Origin: an uncultured Planctomycetaceae bacterium
GTDB lineage: Bacteria; Planctomycetota; Planctomycetia; Planctomycetales; Planctomycetaceae
Length of the DNA stretch: 64,000 nt
Assembly: GCA_963813715.1 (NCBI GenBank)
Contig: CAWFAK010000016.1
Span: forward strand, 256,001 to 320,000
Direction: 5' to 3'
The notes under the pieces were generated by a model. The model was not told the DNA's origin. It ran no database searches and saw nothing but the letters and a program-made list of their open reading frames with translations. How positions within the stretch are numbered: the first letter of the stretch is position 1; each line of letters starts with the position of its first letter. Positions 9,955 through 20,669 of the stretch are shown piece by piece. Position numbers and translations under genes: made by a program.

Positions 9955-11040
9955 TTAGGCGGCGGCCTGCTCGAAACTCTTTTGCATCAGCCGGCACAGG
10001 CCCGACCAGACGCGCTCGACGTCGAGTTCATCCATGCAGGCCAGATGCTTCTTGCCGCGATGGGGGCAACGCTTGCGATAGCTGGCCGCGCAGCTGACGC
10101 CGGTGGCCACCAGTTCGTGCTGGTTGCCCGGCGGGCCGGAGATCGTGGGGCTGGTGCAGGTGAAGATACCGACGACCGGCGTGCCCAGTCCGGCGGCCAA
10201 CTGCATCGGGCCCGAATCGTTGGTCACGAGCACTCGCGATTGTTCGAGCACGGCCGCCAATTGTTTGAGACTCGTCTTGCCGGACAGGTCGATCACCCGC
10301 GCGTTGGGCGCCAGTTCTCGCAACGTCTGGGTGAACTGGGCCGCGATTCCCTGCTCGTCGGGACCGCCGAGAACGACGGGCGACAGTCCAAATCGCCGCA
10401 TCGCCTTGAAGGCGACGGCGGCGAATCGTTCGGCGGGCCAGCGTTTGGTTTTCCAACTCGCGCCCGGGTGCACGGCTAGTCCGGCTCCGGCCAGCGGCGC
10501 GAGCTGACTGCTGGCCCATTCCCGATCGGCGCGGGAAATTCCCAGTCGCATTCCGGAGTTGAAATTCGTCAGTCCCAGCGCGTCGACGACGTGTCGGCTG
10601 CGCAGATGTGCGGGCACCGAGAGATCGGTCTCGGGAATCAAGAAGTGGCAGCCCCATAGCGAGCCTTCCCGCGCCGATTCCAAGCCGACGCGCAGCGAGG
10701 CCCGCGTGGCCCAAAGCATCAGACCGCTCCGCAAGAGCCCCTGCAGGTCGAACACCAGGTCGAACCTGCTGCGGCGCAAACGTGTCAGGAGCTTCTGCCA
10801 GTCGCCGAGCGAGCCGTGCCGCTCGAACGGAATGACTTCGTCCAGATCGGGGTGCCCTTCCAAGAGCGGCGCCAGCGAACGGCTGATCACCCAAGAAATT
10901 CGCGCTCGCGGAAAACGGCGGCGGAGCGCGGGCAGCACCGGCAGCGCTTGGACCACGTCCCCCAGCGCGCTCGGCTTGATCACGCAGATCCGCCGCGCGT
11001 CGACTTCCAGGAGCACAGCGGCAGTGTTGGGGTCGGTCAT
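9955..11040 (-). CDS. Glycosyltransferase family 9 (LPS heptosyltransferase-like)
   Basis: [42 protein letters not shown] and [11 protein letters not shown]. Confidence 0.9.
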   Translation of the reverse strand: MTDPNTAAVLLEVDARRICVIKPSALGDVVQALPVLPALRRRFPRARISWVISRSLAPLLEGHPDLDEVIPFERHGSLGDWQKLLTRLRRSRFDLVFDLQGLLRSGLMLWATRASLRVGLESAREGSLWGCHFLIPETDLSVPAHLRSRHVVDALGLTNFNSGMRLGISRADREWASSQLAPLAGAGLAVHPGASWKTKRWPAERFAAVAFKAMRRFGLSPVVLGGPDEQGIAAQFTQTLRELAPNARVIDLSGKTSLKQLAAVLEQSRVLVTNDSGPMQLAAGLGTPVVGIFTCTSPTISGPPGNQHELVATGVSCAASYRKRCPHRGKKHLACMDELDVERVWSGLCRLMQKSFEQAAA

Positions 11041-11266
11041 CGGCCGGCCTGGTCCTTGCGAGTCTTTCTCTGGCGAGTTTGGGACACGCGGTCCGCGGTT
11101 TTCGCGATCGGTTCCGAGGAGGGAGGCGGATGATATCGCGGCTGATAAAAATGCGACAAGGGCAGGTTTGTACGGGGATTTTCCCGGCCGTTTGTGGCCG
11201 AAACCGGCCGCCGGCGAGCTCAACGGCCGTTCGCTTTGGCGTTTTGCACGCCCTATAATGAGCCTT

Positions 11267-12471
11267 ATGTCCACGGAATTGATCGAAGAAAGCATCCCCG
11301 ACATCGGGCCCCGTTCCGTCGGTCTGGTCCGCACGCAGTCCGCCATCCTGTTTGCCCCGCCGCACGAGTTGACGCTTGCCAATTCGCGGCGGCTCGGGCC
11401 GATCACCGTCGCTTACGAAACGTACGGCACCCTTTCTCCACAACGCGACAACGCGATCTTCGTCTGCCATGCGCTCACCGGCGATGCGCATGCCGCCGGC
11501 TACCGCTCCAAGGAAGATCTGGCCGCGCAAAGCCGGCTGGTGGGACGGCTTCATCGGCCCCGGCAAAGGGCTCGACACCGACAAGTATTTTGTAATCTGC
11601 GCCAATGCGCTGGGCGGCTGCCAGGGAACGACCGGGCCCAGCAGCATTTGTCCGGAGACCGGCGAGCCGTGGGGGCCCGATTTTCCCGTCATTCAAATTC
11701 CGGACATCGTCGACGTGCATGCCGAGCTGGTTCGCTCGCTGGGCATCGAGCGGTTGCTGGCGGTGGTCGGCGGCAGTCTCGGCGGGATGCAGGTGCTCGA
11801 ATGGGCGGCCCGCTATCCCGAGCGCCTCGCCGCGGCCGTCGTGCTCGCCTCCGTGCCCGCGGATGTCGGCCCAGGGAATTGCCTTTAACGCGGTCGGCCG
11901 CAGCGCGATCTTCAACGATCCGAATTTCAACGACGGCCGCTACTACCGCGACAGTGGTCCCCGCGCGGGGCTGGCGCTGGCGCGGATGGTCGCCCACATC
12001 ACTTACCTCTCGGAAGAATCGATCGAGCGAAAGTTCGGCCGCAAGCTGCAAGACGTCGAGGCATTGGCGTACGACCTGATCAAAGAGACCGAGTTCCAGG
12101 TCGAGAGCTACTTGAACTACCAGGGCCGCCGCTTCGTCGATCGGTTCGACGCGAATAGCTATCTGTATCTGACCAAGGCCATGGATTATTACGATCTGGC
12201 CCAGAGCTACGGATCGATCGAGAACGCGTTCGCCGCCTCGCGGGCCCGCTTCCTGTTCGTCTCGTACGACAGCGACTGGCTTTATCCGACGCGTCAAAGC
12301 AAGGAGGTCGTCGGCGCTCTGATCTCGGCCGGCAAGCACGTCTCGTTCATCGAATTGCATAGCGCCAAGGGGCACGACACCTTTTTAATCGAAGTCGAAC
12401 AACTCGAGGCGCTGGCCCGCCCGTTCCTCGAACGGACGCTCGAAGTTCTTCGCCGGCCCGCGGCGTCTTAA
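11267..12471 (+). CDS. metX: Homoserine O-acetyltransferase (frameshifts near 11525 and 11855)
   Basis: [43 protein letters not shown] and GHDTFL spread over three frames; adjacent to metW. Confidence 0.9.
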
Positions 12472-12609
12472 GGATCCAGACGCGACCAGAGCCACATTCC
12501 GCTGCGACCACCCATGACGGACGATACGATTCCTTCCTCCGAACTCGACAGCCGCTCCGCAAAAGGGACGCGACTGAAGAAATCGCGTCCAGCACGGGCC
12601 GGCTATTGC

Positions 12610-13260
12610 ATGCCCGATCCAGCGGCGGCGCTCACCGACAAGGAGATCATGAAGCACGTCCCCGTCGGCAGCCGCGTGCTCGACCTGGGCTGCGGTGACG
12701 GGCGCTTGCTGGAAATCTTGCGGGACGTCCACCAGTGCCGCGTGCAGGGGATCGAGCTCGATCCGCAGGAATTCGTGGGCTGCGTCGACCGGGGCGTGCC
12801 GGTGATTCACGGCGACTTGGACCACGGTTTGCCGGAGTTCCCCGACGACTCGTTCGACTACGCGGTCCTCAGCCAGACGCTGCAGCAGCTGAAATATCCC
12901 AAGCGTGCGCTCGAAGAGATTCTCCGCGTCGCCCGGCGCGCGCTGGTGGTGGTCCCCAACTTCGGCTACTGGAGAGGCCGCCTCCAACACCTCCTGGGTG
13001 GACGGGCGCCGGTAACGCAGGCGTTGCCCTACGAGTGGTACAACACGCCGAATTTGCACTTCATGTCGATGTACGACTTCCGCGACCTGGTCGAGCGCCT
13101 GGGGATTCGCATCCTCAAGGAACTGCCCATTATCCGGGGACACGCGGTCGATCGGGCGTGGGCCGCCAACCTGCGGGCAGAAAGCGCGCTGTACGTGCTC
13201 GAGCGCCGGAATCCCGCGGAGCGAACCGCTCGTAGAAGCGCACGCAGTCTTCGACCTTGA
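12610..13260 (+). CDS. metW: Methionine biosynthesis protein MetW (upstream start at 12514 possible)
   Basis: VLDLGCGDG, FDYAVLSQTLQ, PNFGYWR and LPYEWYNTPNLHF. Confidence 0.9.
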   Translation: MPDPAAALTDKEIMKHVPVGSRVLDLGCGDGRLLEILRDVHQCRVQGIELDPQEFVGCVDRGVPVIHGDLDHGLPEFPDDSFDYAVLSQTLQQLKYPKRALEEILRVARRALVVVPNFGYWRGRLQHLLGGRAPVTQALPYEWYNTPNLHFMSMYDFRDLVERLGIRILKELPIIRGHAVDRAWAANLRAESALYVLERRNPAERTARRSARSLRP

Positions 13261-13497
13261 CCAATCGGTCGAGCAATTCGCACACACTTCGCGCGCCACG
13301 TTTCTCGAAAGCGGGCAGACTGGCGAAGGTTAAACTTCCGCCCTCCACGATCCTCCTGCTCCTGCCGGCGTTTCGACCCAATGACCCGGGAAACGACGTC
13401 GGATTTTCCGATAGTGACGGTTGTAGCGTGTGGTCCAGGCTCGAGGGGGGACCTGCGCGTGCCGCCGGCACTTCCGGCGTTCGACCGTTTGCACGAC

Positions 13498-14289
13498 ATG
13501 CGAAGCAAAGTCTGGACGAGTTTGTTGGCCGCGGCCTGGATCGCCGCCGGTTCTTCCGGCTGCTACTGGGACCAATACAACCATTCCGTGCGGCGGATGT
13601 GGGTCGACTACAACTCGTTCCTCGCGCCGTCCATCTCGTTCGAGCAAGTCGACCACCTGCCGTACTGGGCGCCGCAGGTCGGCTACTATCGCTGGATGTA
13701 CGACAAGGATCCGGGACATCAACTCGCCGCCCTGGGGCCGGTCACGCCGCCGGCCAACTGCGTGCCTCAGATTGTTCCGCCGGGGGATAATCCGTTCGAC
13801 TACCAAGTGGACTTCCCCAACGCGATTCCCCACCAAACCGATCCGTTGTGGGGCGAGAATCAACCCGAACCGATCAACGTGCTGCAGGTGCCGGCGGACG
13901 GCGCCAACGGGACCTCTCCGGCAGGCAAAACACCACAGCAACTGCTGACGGTGCCGATGGCCCCCGTGATGCCGCGGACCGACGGCGACAAATCGAGCGA
14001 CCCTTCGCGACCGACCGGCACGTGGAACCGTTCGTTCCGGCAGTCCGTCGAACCTCCCGGTCCGCCGCTGCCCGGGTCATTCGTACCGGGGTCGCCATTC
14101 CCGGGTTCAACGCTGCCAGGCTTCGATGCGATGCCGTCGCCGCCGAAACCAGTCGACGAAGACGCGGCACCGATGCTCGGGCCCGAAGCGCAGTCCAATC
14201 CGAGCCTGCGCCTGACCACCGGATCGCCGACGACATCAGGCGCTTCCGCCGCCACCGCCAATTCGGCCAACTCACTCTGGCCGCGCTGA
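13498..14289 (+). CDS. Hypothetical lipoprotein with Pro-rich disordered tail
   Basis: MRSKVWTSLLAAAWIAAGSSGC is a lipobox-like signal; aromatic-rich N-domain followed by a PGS-rich tail. Confidence 0.6.
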   Translation: MRSKVWTSLLAAAWIAAGSSGCYWDQYNHSVRRMWVDYNSFLAPSISFEQVDHLPYWAPQVGYYRWMYDKDPGHQLAALGPVTPPANCVPQIVPPGDNPFDYQVDFPNAIPHQTDPLWGENQPEPINVLQVPADGANGTSPAGKTPQQLLTVPMAPVMPRTDGDKSSDPSRPTGTWNRSFRQSVEPPGPPLPGSFVPGSPFPGSTLPGFDAMPSPPKPVDEDAAPMLGPEAQSNPSLRLTTGSPTTSGASAATANSANSLWPR

Positions 14290-14695
14290 CGGCCCGTCGG
14301 CGGCGTGGAATGTAGTCGTAGCAATGGCCGACGCCTTCAGTGGCAATGCACTCGCTTCGCTGCACCAGCCGGCTTGCGCCTGTACAGTTGTTGCCTGCCG
14401 CGGGTGATGGTATTCTCCCGGCCGCCGTTGTGTTCGCCTTTGGGACAGGTGAAAATTGACGGCATCAGGCTGGCATGCTTGCGTGCTCTCAGGTTGCGAT
14501 CCTCTTTGCGGCCGCGCTGCTCGCATGGGGATGCGCGGACCATTCGGTTCCGAATGCCGCATTCGCGTTCGTGGGACTTTGTCCTGCGTATTCGCTTGAA
14601 GATGTATCAGGTCCGTTGCTCGGCTCTTTGCGCGTTCCCGTCGGAACGGGACGGCTGGAGGCCGGCGTGGCGGAGCTCTTCTGGCGGAACGGGCT

Positions 14696-16087
14696 ATGGA
14701 AGAAATTCTGAACGGCTATAAGGTCGGCCCCGAAACGTGGCTTTGCCTGTCGTTCTTCCTGATCGTCGCGATCTACTTCCGCTTTAATCGTCTCGCTTCG
14801 CTGCGGAACGGCGACCTGCTCGCGCTCTTGCTGATCTCCCCCGGCATCCTGCTGGCGAAATCGGGTTCCCCCACCGGCTACGTGTGGGTGTTTGCCGTCT
14901 GCGGCGTGTGGATGCTGCGGCTGATCTTCGACGGCTACTTCACGCGCCGGCCGCGGCTGGAACAGAATCTCAACACGCCGGGCCTGACGTTCCTCTGCGC
15001 GGTGGCCTTCATCTTCCTCTCGATTCACGCCTGGACGTCGAACGACGTGCCGGCATCGAGCGTGCAGACGGCGGAGGCCGGCGTCCGCCTGATCAATCGC
15101 CAAGAGGCCCCGCCCAAGCCCGATCGTCCGCATGACGCGGCCCCCGACGACGCGAAAGCCGGTCCGGCTGCGGCCGTTTTCACCGCGCCCATCGTCAAGG
15201 TGATTCCGCCATTGGCGGCGACGATCAGTGCGGAACCCAAACCGGCAGCGTCGGCCACAACGACCGCCATCTATGCAGCCCGCGTCGCGTCGATCATCGC
15301 GCATCTCTTGGTGATCGTGGCGTTGGCCTGTATCGGACGGTGGCACTTCGGCGATCTGCAGATCGGCATGGCGATGGCCGCCTTGTATATGCTGCTCCCC
15401 TGCACTGCGTACGACGTTGGTCGACTCAACTACGTGCTGCCGTCGGCGTTCATTCTGTGGGCGATCGCTTCGTACCGGCGCCCGATCGTGGCCGGGGCGT
15501 TGATGGCGTTCGCCTGCGGCACGCTGTTCTTTCCCGTGTTTCTCCTGCCGCTCTGGTTCTTATTTTACGATCGCCGCGGCGCGGCCCGCTTTGCCGGCGG
15601 ACTGGCGGCGGTGAGCGTGGTGCTGGTCGGCAGCCTGATTCTGACGTCGGCCGACACGACGTCGTTTATCAACCAGATGATCGGCGCCGCCATCGACTGG
15701 CCGGCCCTTTCGTTCCGCGACAATTCGAGCGGCGGTTTCTGGCAGCCGGACATCGCCGCTTATCGCATCCCGGTGTTCGTGGCGTTCTGCGCGGGGACGA
15801 TCGTGATCTCCGTCTGGCCGCGGCACAAAACACTCGAACACCTGATCGCCAATTCGGCGGCGATCATCATCGGCACGCAGTTCTGGTATCCGCAGCAAGG
15901 CGGCGTTTATTCGCTCTGGTACGTGCCCCTGTTGCTGGTGGTGATCTTTCGCCCGACGCTCGCGCAGCTCACCCCGCCGGACTTCACGCGACGCGCGTCC
16001 GTGGAGCAGCCGGCGAGCACGCCGCCCGCGCCGGAGCTGGTCGCCAGCGGAGGACCGGCCGCGGGCGTTCGCGCCCGGTTGCGCTAG
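14696..16087 (+). CDS. Multi-pass membrane protein (possibly GT-C-like)
   Basis: 463 aa with many hydrophobic segments; QFWYPQQGGVYSLWY motif. Confidence 0.65.
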   Translation: MEEILNGYKVGPETWLCLSFFLIVAIYFRFNRLASLRNGDLLALLLISPGILLAKSGSPTGYVWVFAVCGVWMLRLIFDGYFTRRPRLEQNLNTPGLTFLCAVAFIFLSIHAWTSNDVPASSVQTAEAGVRLINRQEAPPKPDRPHDAAPDDAKAGPAAAVFTAPIVKVIPPLAATISAEPKPAASATTTAIYAARVASIIAHLLVIVALACIGRWHFGDLQIGMAMAALYMLLPCTAYDVGRLNYVLPSAFILWAIASYRRPIVAGALMAFACGTLFFPVFLLPLWFLFYDRRGAARFAGGLAAVSVVLVGSLILTSADTTSFINQMIGAAIDWPALSFRDNSSGGFWQPDIAAYRIPVFVAFCAGTIVISVWPRHKTLEHLIANSAAIIIGTQFWYPQQGGVYSLWYVPLLLVVIFRPTLAQLTPPDFTRRASVEQPASTPPAPELVASGGPAAGVRARLR

Positions 16088-16099
16088 CCTGCCGGTCGC

Positions 16100-16711
16100 T
16101 TACGCCTCGCCCTTTATCCTTCTGCGCGGGATGACCCTGCCGCTCTGCCGCATGTAGTCGCGATATTCGTCGCCGAAGAACTCGCACATCATCTGTTCTT
16201 CGTTGGGGATCCGAACAAAATACATGACGGCGAACGTCACGAACCCCGACCAGCCCGCAAGCCAGTTTTGCAAGAGCAGCCCTTGTGCCAGACCGAACAG
16301 CAGAATCGCGGCATACATGGGATGGCGGATCGAACGATAGACGCCGTGCCGCACCAATTGATGGTCCTTCCGCAGCTCTAATGTGGCCGACCAGTTCTGG
16401 CCCAGATCGGCGTGCGAGTGCCAAAACAGCCAAAGCGCGGCGATCAGCACCGCCGCGCCAGCCCACGGAAAATAGGGCGGCAGAGGATAGTCGGCAAACG
16501 CCAACCAGTTGGTGAATAGATAGATGACCGGGAGCAGAATGCATCCGAGGAAGACAAGCACCAGGAGGGCGAGTTCTTTGCGGTCGAAGCGGCTGACCGG
16601 CCTCTCAATGCCCTTCGCGCGCTCTTGGTAGATTCCGCGAATGACAAGATAGGCGACGAAGCCCACGAGAAAGACGATGTCCCACGGTCGCGTTGGCACA
16701 AAACTTGGCAT
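16100..16711 (-). CDS. Isoprenylcysteine carboxyl methyltransferase (ICMT) family protein
   Basis: LGQNWS, HQLVRHGVYRSIRHPMY and RIPNEEQMM. Confidence 0.9.
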   Translation of the reverse strand: MPSFVPTRPWDIVFLVGFVAYLVIRGIYQERAKGIERPVSRFDRKELALLVLVFLGCILLPVIYLFTNWLAFADYPLPPYFPWAGAAVLIAALWLFWHSHADLGQNWSATLELRKDHQLVRHGVYRSIRHPMYAAILLFGLAQGLLLQNWLAGWSGFVTFAVMYFVRIPNEEQMMCEFFGDEYRDYMRQSGRVIPRRRIKGEA

Positions 16712-16747
16712 ACGTTCGCAGACGGTGAGAGCACCAGGCGGAAAAAG

Positions 16748-17138
16748 CTAAGCGTCCGGAAACTGGGAAGGGCTCAGTCCCAGATCGACGATACTGCACG
16801 CTGCAATCGCGTTCAGCCCCAGCTCGCGGGCTTTGGCCAACAGGGCCGGATTCGCGCTCCCCGGATTGAACCAGATTTCGGCTGCGGGCGCCTTCGCCGC
16901 GATCTCCGGCAAAACGGCGAGTCCAATCTCCGGCCGCAGGTAGACGCTGACGCGATCGAGCCGGTCTGGCGGGGATATCGGCCAGTGAGCGAGACACGGG
17001 CAGTCCCTCGATCTCGCCTCCCGACGGGTTGACCGGATAGACCTCGTAGCCCGCCCGCGCATGCGCGCGGACCGACTTGTTGCCGAACTTCGCCCGGTCG
17101 GCACTCGCGCCGAGAATGGCAACGGTTGGTTTTGACAT
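16748..17138 (-). CDS. CoA-binding protein, YccU-like (frameshift near 16975)
   Basis: VAILGASADRAKFGN and VYPVNP; second frame gives IWFNPGS and ACSIV. Confidence 0.85.
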
Positions 17139-17169
17139 CGACGTCCCTTGGGACTGTGGACTCTCGCCC

Positions 17170-18213
17170 CTAGCGGGAAGCCAGCGGCTGGCGGGACACC
17201 TCGGCGGCGAAGCGGTCGTACTCCGCTTGGATTGCGTCGCGGTCGGGAGGAGCGCCGGCCGTGACGATCAGGCGGTAGTGCATGGTCAGCGGCGTCTCGG
17301 GCGTCAGCGTCGTCTTGAAGTACGCGCCGAAGCGGCCGTACGGACGCTCGGAATACCGCGAGGGCTTGGGCAGCGACGGGTCCTCGAAATAGGTCACCGT
17401 GTAGGGCTTGCCGTTGATCGAGTACGACATCGCCTCCCAGCCCAGGTTGGTGAACTTGTCCGGGTCTTTCTTGTCGTCGACCTCGAACGCTTGCGGCTGC
17501 TGCGGAAAACCCTTGGGCCGAATGAAGGTGGCCGACTTACTCTCCGCCACCGATTGGGCCGCGCGGAACTGAAAGCCCGCGTGCTGGCGGTCGCCTTCGA
17601 GCACGATCTTGCCGCGACGGCTTTCCAGGCGCGTGGACCAGTCGATTTGCCAGGCGGGCAGACCGCCGGGCTTGCCGACGTTGGTCACGCGAACGGTGCG
17701 GACTTCATCGATGACCGGCTGATCCTTGCCGTCATTCCAGGCGATCTCGGCGGTCATGAAACCGGAGTGGGAGTCGCCCCCTTTCTCGACGAAGCGCACG
17801 TGCCGCTGGTGCGCCCCCTTGATGCAGTGCCACGAGTCGATTTCGCCCCCCTCGAACCGCGTCCGCCGCCAGCCGACAAACAGCCCGCGATGATGGGGGT
17901 AGAGGCCGGCTCCCGCGCCGTTGGTAATCAAATCTTCTGTGCCCGGGCCGAAGATGTGATGAAACACCTTGAACGTTTCGGTCGTCCGCTGCGGCGTCGA
18001 ACGGTCGAAGGCGTACATGTAGCGCAGCACCGGCTTGCCGTCGTACATGAGGTCGGCCGTCCCCTCGCCTGCGCGATCGACCCACTCAAAGCCACCGGCG
18101 GAGTCAGCGGCACCGGCGGCTGCGCGAGCCGCTGCGCCGGCCAGGACGAACGCGGAAACGACCGCGACGCCACACGCCATCGCGCCCACACACCCGAAGC
18201 GAAACAACCTCAC
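17170..18213 (-). CDS. Secreted DUF6807/PmoA-like family protein
   Basis: Signal-like N-terminus, GKPVLRY, YPHHRGLF and HAGFQFRA; GTGA overlap with the upstream stop. Confidence 0.7.
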   Translation of the reverse strand: MRLFRFGCVGAMACGVAVVSAFVLAGAAARAAAGAADSAGGFEWVDRAGEGTADLMYDGKPVLRYMYAFDRSTPQRTTETFKVFHHIFGPGTEDLITNGAGAGLYPHHRGLFVGWRRTRFEGGEIDSWHCIKGAHQRHVRFVEKGGDSHSGFMTAEIAWNDGKDQPVIDEVRTVRVTNVGKPGGLPAWQIDWSTRLESRRGKIVLEGDRQHAGFQFRAAQSVAESKSATFIRPKGFPQQPQAFEVDDKKDPDKFTNLGWEAMSYSINGKPYTVTYFEDPSLPKPSRYSERPYGRFGAYFKTTLTPETPLTMHYRLIVTAGAPPDRDAIQAEYDRFAAEVSRQPLASR

Positions 18214-20432
18214 GGTTCGGCCTCCAAAAGACTCTTGAGCTCCTGAATCTGGCTGACATCGGCGACGTGCGCCACGTGGTGCTGATCCTTGGCCAACAGC
18301 CAGTCGCATTCCGCCAACGAATCGGCCTTGCGACCCGTCTGGTAGCACAGCACGGCCCGTCGCCAGTGCTCGAGCACGGAATTGGAATCGAGGACCAGCA
18401 TCACGTCGATGTAGCGGAGCATGGCCTCGGCATCGCTGGCGTCCTCGGCGCTAGCCGCCAGGTTCTTCACCAGGCGATAGAGAATCTCGCGCTTCGATTG
18501 TGGCAACCAGGTCTCGGGCGTCACCGGCACATCGGAAAGGCTGTGCGCCTGGACCTCGGCTTCGGTGTGCGAGAGCCGGCGAGCCGCTTCATAGACGTCG
18601 ATCAACGTCGAATTGTCTTTCACCGATTCCAGCCGCACGAGGTATCGTCCCGGCAGGCCGATCCCCACCACGCTGACGCCGAGCCGACGCGCCAGCTCGA
18701 TATACAGAATCGAGAGGGTCACCGGCAGCCCCTCGCGATCGTCGATCACCTCGTTCAAGTAGCTGTTGGAGCGGCTCTCGAATTCGGTGCGGCAACCGTG
18801 AAAGCCCATCTTCTTGAAGAGGAACTCGTCGAGCGCGGCGAGCTTTGCCTGGTCGTCGGCCTTGGGCTTGAGTCCCTCGCGAATGGTGCGGGCAAAGCCG
18901 TCGATTTCGCGGAGATAGGCGTCGACGTCGAGATCGTCGTTGTCCATGCGGGCGACGAGCAGCGCGGCCCGCAATAAATCGACGTCTTTCTCTGCCTTGT
19001 GATCGAACAGGGCGGCAATATCCCGCTGCGTCCGCCGCGAGCGGAGCGAATCGGCCGCGCGGCGGAGCTGCTTGGCTTCGCGCTCGCGGCGCTCAGCACT
19101 ATTGAGCAGAGCCCGCACGCCGGCGTCGGCATTGGGCAAAAGGTCGGTCAAGGTTTTCGCGTCGGGAGCCTTGTCCTCCTTGAGCTCCCGCGCCAGCCGT
19201 TCGACACGATCGGTTACGTCTGGCGGCGGCAGCACGGAGGGAACGATGGAACCGACGTCGAACCCCTTGAATTCGGCGTGCGTGTCGCGAAAGTTCGCCA
19301 GTCCCGGCTTCCCCTCGCGGAATTCCGCGTCGCTCACTTCGCAGACCAGCACGTCGTTCACGAAGGCGCGAATCGTTTCTTTTTCGACGCGGACCTTGAG
19401 CCGGTTCCATTCGCCGGGCCGATAGGCCGGCGTGCGCACCTCCTTGAGGATGTGCCACGAATAGACGTCGGGCCCGTCGAACCGCGTGAGCCGCATGCGG
19501 CCGTTGGAGGGATAAAAGGCGTAGTGGCGATCGATGTCGTGCATGGCGAACGCCAGGCCGGCCGCTTCGTCTTCGCGTTTCAACTGCACCCACACGGCCG
19601 CTTCATAGGGGACGGCGGGGGTCGGCCGTTTGGAAACCAGCAGCGTGCGGCCGCCGAATCCGGTGCCTGGACCTTCGACGACGACGTGCCCGGCGTGCTG
19701 CCGCCAGCGGCCGCCCATCAGCGGCGACCATTCGTGGCCATCAAGTGCGCCGATCGTCAGCCAGCGATCCATCCGCACCGGGTTGGGTTTCTTGAGCAGC
19801 GGCTTGAGGGCATTGATCGCCAGCGCGAAGCCCAGGTTTTCGGTGATGACCGATTTCATGGTGATCACACCTTCGACCCGCCCCTGGCGATCCAACAGCG
19901 GTCCGCCGCTGTTGCCCTGCTCGATCGGCATGGCGAGCTGCACCATCGGCTTGCCGTCGATCACCCGAATCGCCGAGACAACGCCGCTCACCACGCTGTG
20001 CTCGAGACCGCGGGGATTGCCGACGGCCACGACGTCCTGCCCCTGCTTGAGCGCGTCGGAGTTGCCCAGCTCGAGCGGTTTCAGGTTGTCGGCTTTGACC
20101 CGGATGACGGCCAGGTCCATGGTGCGGTCGGTCGAATGCACTTCCATGACGTCGAGCCGCCGCCCGTCGGCCAGCGTGACGACGATCGGCCGCGCCTCGC
20201 CAATCACGTGCAGGTTGGTCGCGATCAGACCGCTTTTGTCGATGACAAATCCGGTTCCCAGGCTGCTCCGCTCGCCGTCGCGGCCGGAGACGGAAATCGT
20301 GACCGTCGACTCGTTCACCTTGGCAGCCAGCTCGGCCACGGACATGTCGGCCGCCGCCTGCAAGCGCGGCTCGCTGGGGCCGCCGGTGAGCGCCAAAAAA
20401 ATCAGCAGGGCCCCGAACCGAGCGCAACTCAT
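18210..20432 (-). CDS. Secreted trypsin-like serine protease fused to a beta-sandwich, a SirB1/transglutaminase-like domain and TPR
   Basis: ATNLHVI, DLAVI and GNSGGPL catalytic triad; EWNRLKV (DUF1080-like); NSYLNEVIDDREGLPVTLSILY and GIGLPG (SirB1-like). Confidence 0.85.
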   Translation of the reverse strand: MSCARFGALLIFLALTGGPSEPRLQAAADMSVAELAAKVNESTVTISVSGRDGERSSLGTGFVIDKSGLIATNLHVIGEARPIVVTLADGRRLDVMEVHSTDRTMDLAVIRVKADNLKPLELGNSDALKQGQDVVAVGNPRGLEHSVVSGVVSAIRVIDGKPMVQLAMPIEQGNSGGPLLDRQGRVEGVITMKSVITENLGFALAINALKPLLKKPNPVRMDRWLTIGALDGHEWSPLMGGRWRQHAGHVVVEGPGTGFGGRTLLVSKRPTPAVPYEAAVWVQLKREDEAAGLAFAMHDIDRHYAFYPSNGRMRLTRFDGPDVYSWHILKEVRTPAYRPGEWNRLKVRVEKETIRAFVNDVLVCEVSDAEFREGKPGLANFRDTHAEFKGFDVGSIVPSVLPPPDVTDRVERLARELKEDKAPDAKTLTDLLPNADAGVRALLNSAERREREAKQLRRAADSLRSRRTQRDIAALFDHKAEKDVDLLRAALLVARMDNDDLDVDAYLREIDGFARTIREGLKPKADDQAKLAALDEFLFKKMGFHGCRTEFESRSNSYLNEVIDDREGLPVTLSILYIELARRLGVSVVGIGLPGRYLVRLESVKDNSTLIDVYEAARRLSHTEAEVQAHSLSDVPVTPETWLPQSKREILYRLVKNLAASAEDASDAEAMLRYIDVMLVLDSNSVLEHWRRAVLCYQTGRKADSLAECDWLLAKDQHHVAHVADVSQIQELKSLLEAEP

Positions 20433-20552
20433 TCCGATCTCCGGACGGTGCAGAAAAAAACGCGGCAACGACCCCGCGGCATGGAGCGCGGCGCCTCTTT
20501 GCATCTTATCCAGAGTCACGGCGCAGCTTCTACTCGCTGAATGGTGGGTTGA

Positions 20553-20639
20553 GGGTGGCACTGGCGGCTTGTCCGCCAGTGTCTATCTCCACAGTACAAG
20601 CTGCTTAAGACACTGGCGGACAAGCCGCCAGTGCCACCC
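20553..20639. repeat. REPIN-like inverted pair of palindromic units (family A, copy 1)
   Basis: 32-bp arm GGGTGGCACTGGCGGCTTGTCCGCCAGTGTCT at 20553-20584 and its exact reverse complement at 20608-20639; each arm is itself a hairpin. Confidence 0.9.
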
Positions 20640-20669
20640 AAGGCCTGACGCTTTGCCGTAGACGCACCA

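Noticed and set aside
17170..18213. Methane monooxygenase suggested by the PmoA-like family name
   Set aside because: The protein is soluble and secreted with no pmoB/pmoC neighbours; the family label does not imply methanotrophy.
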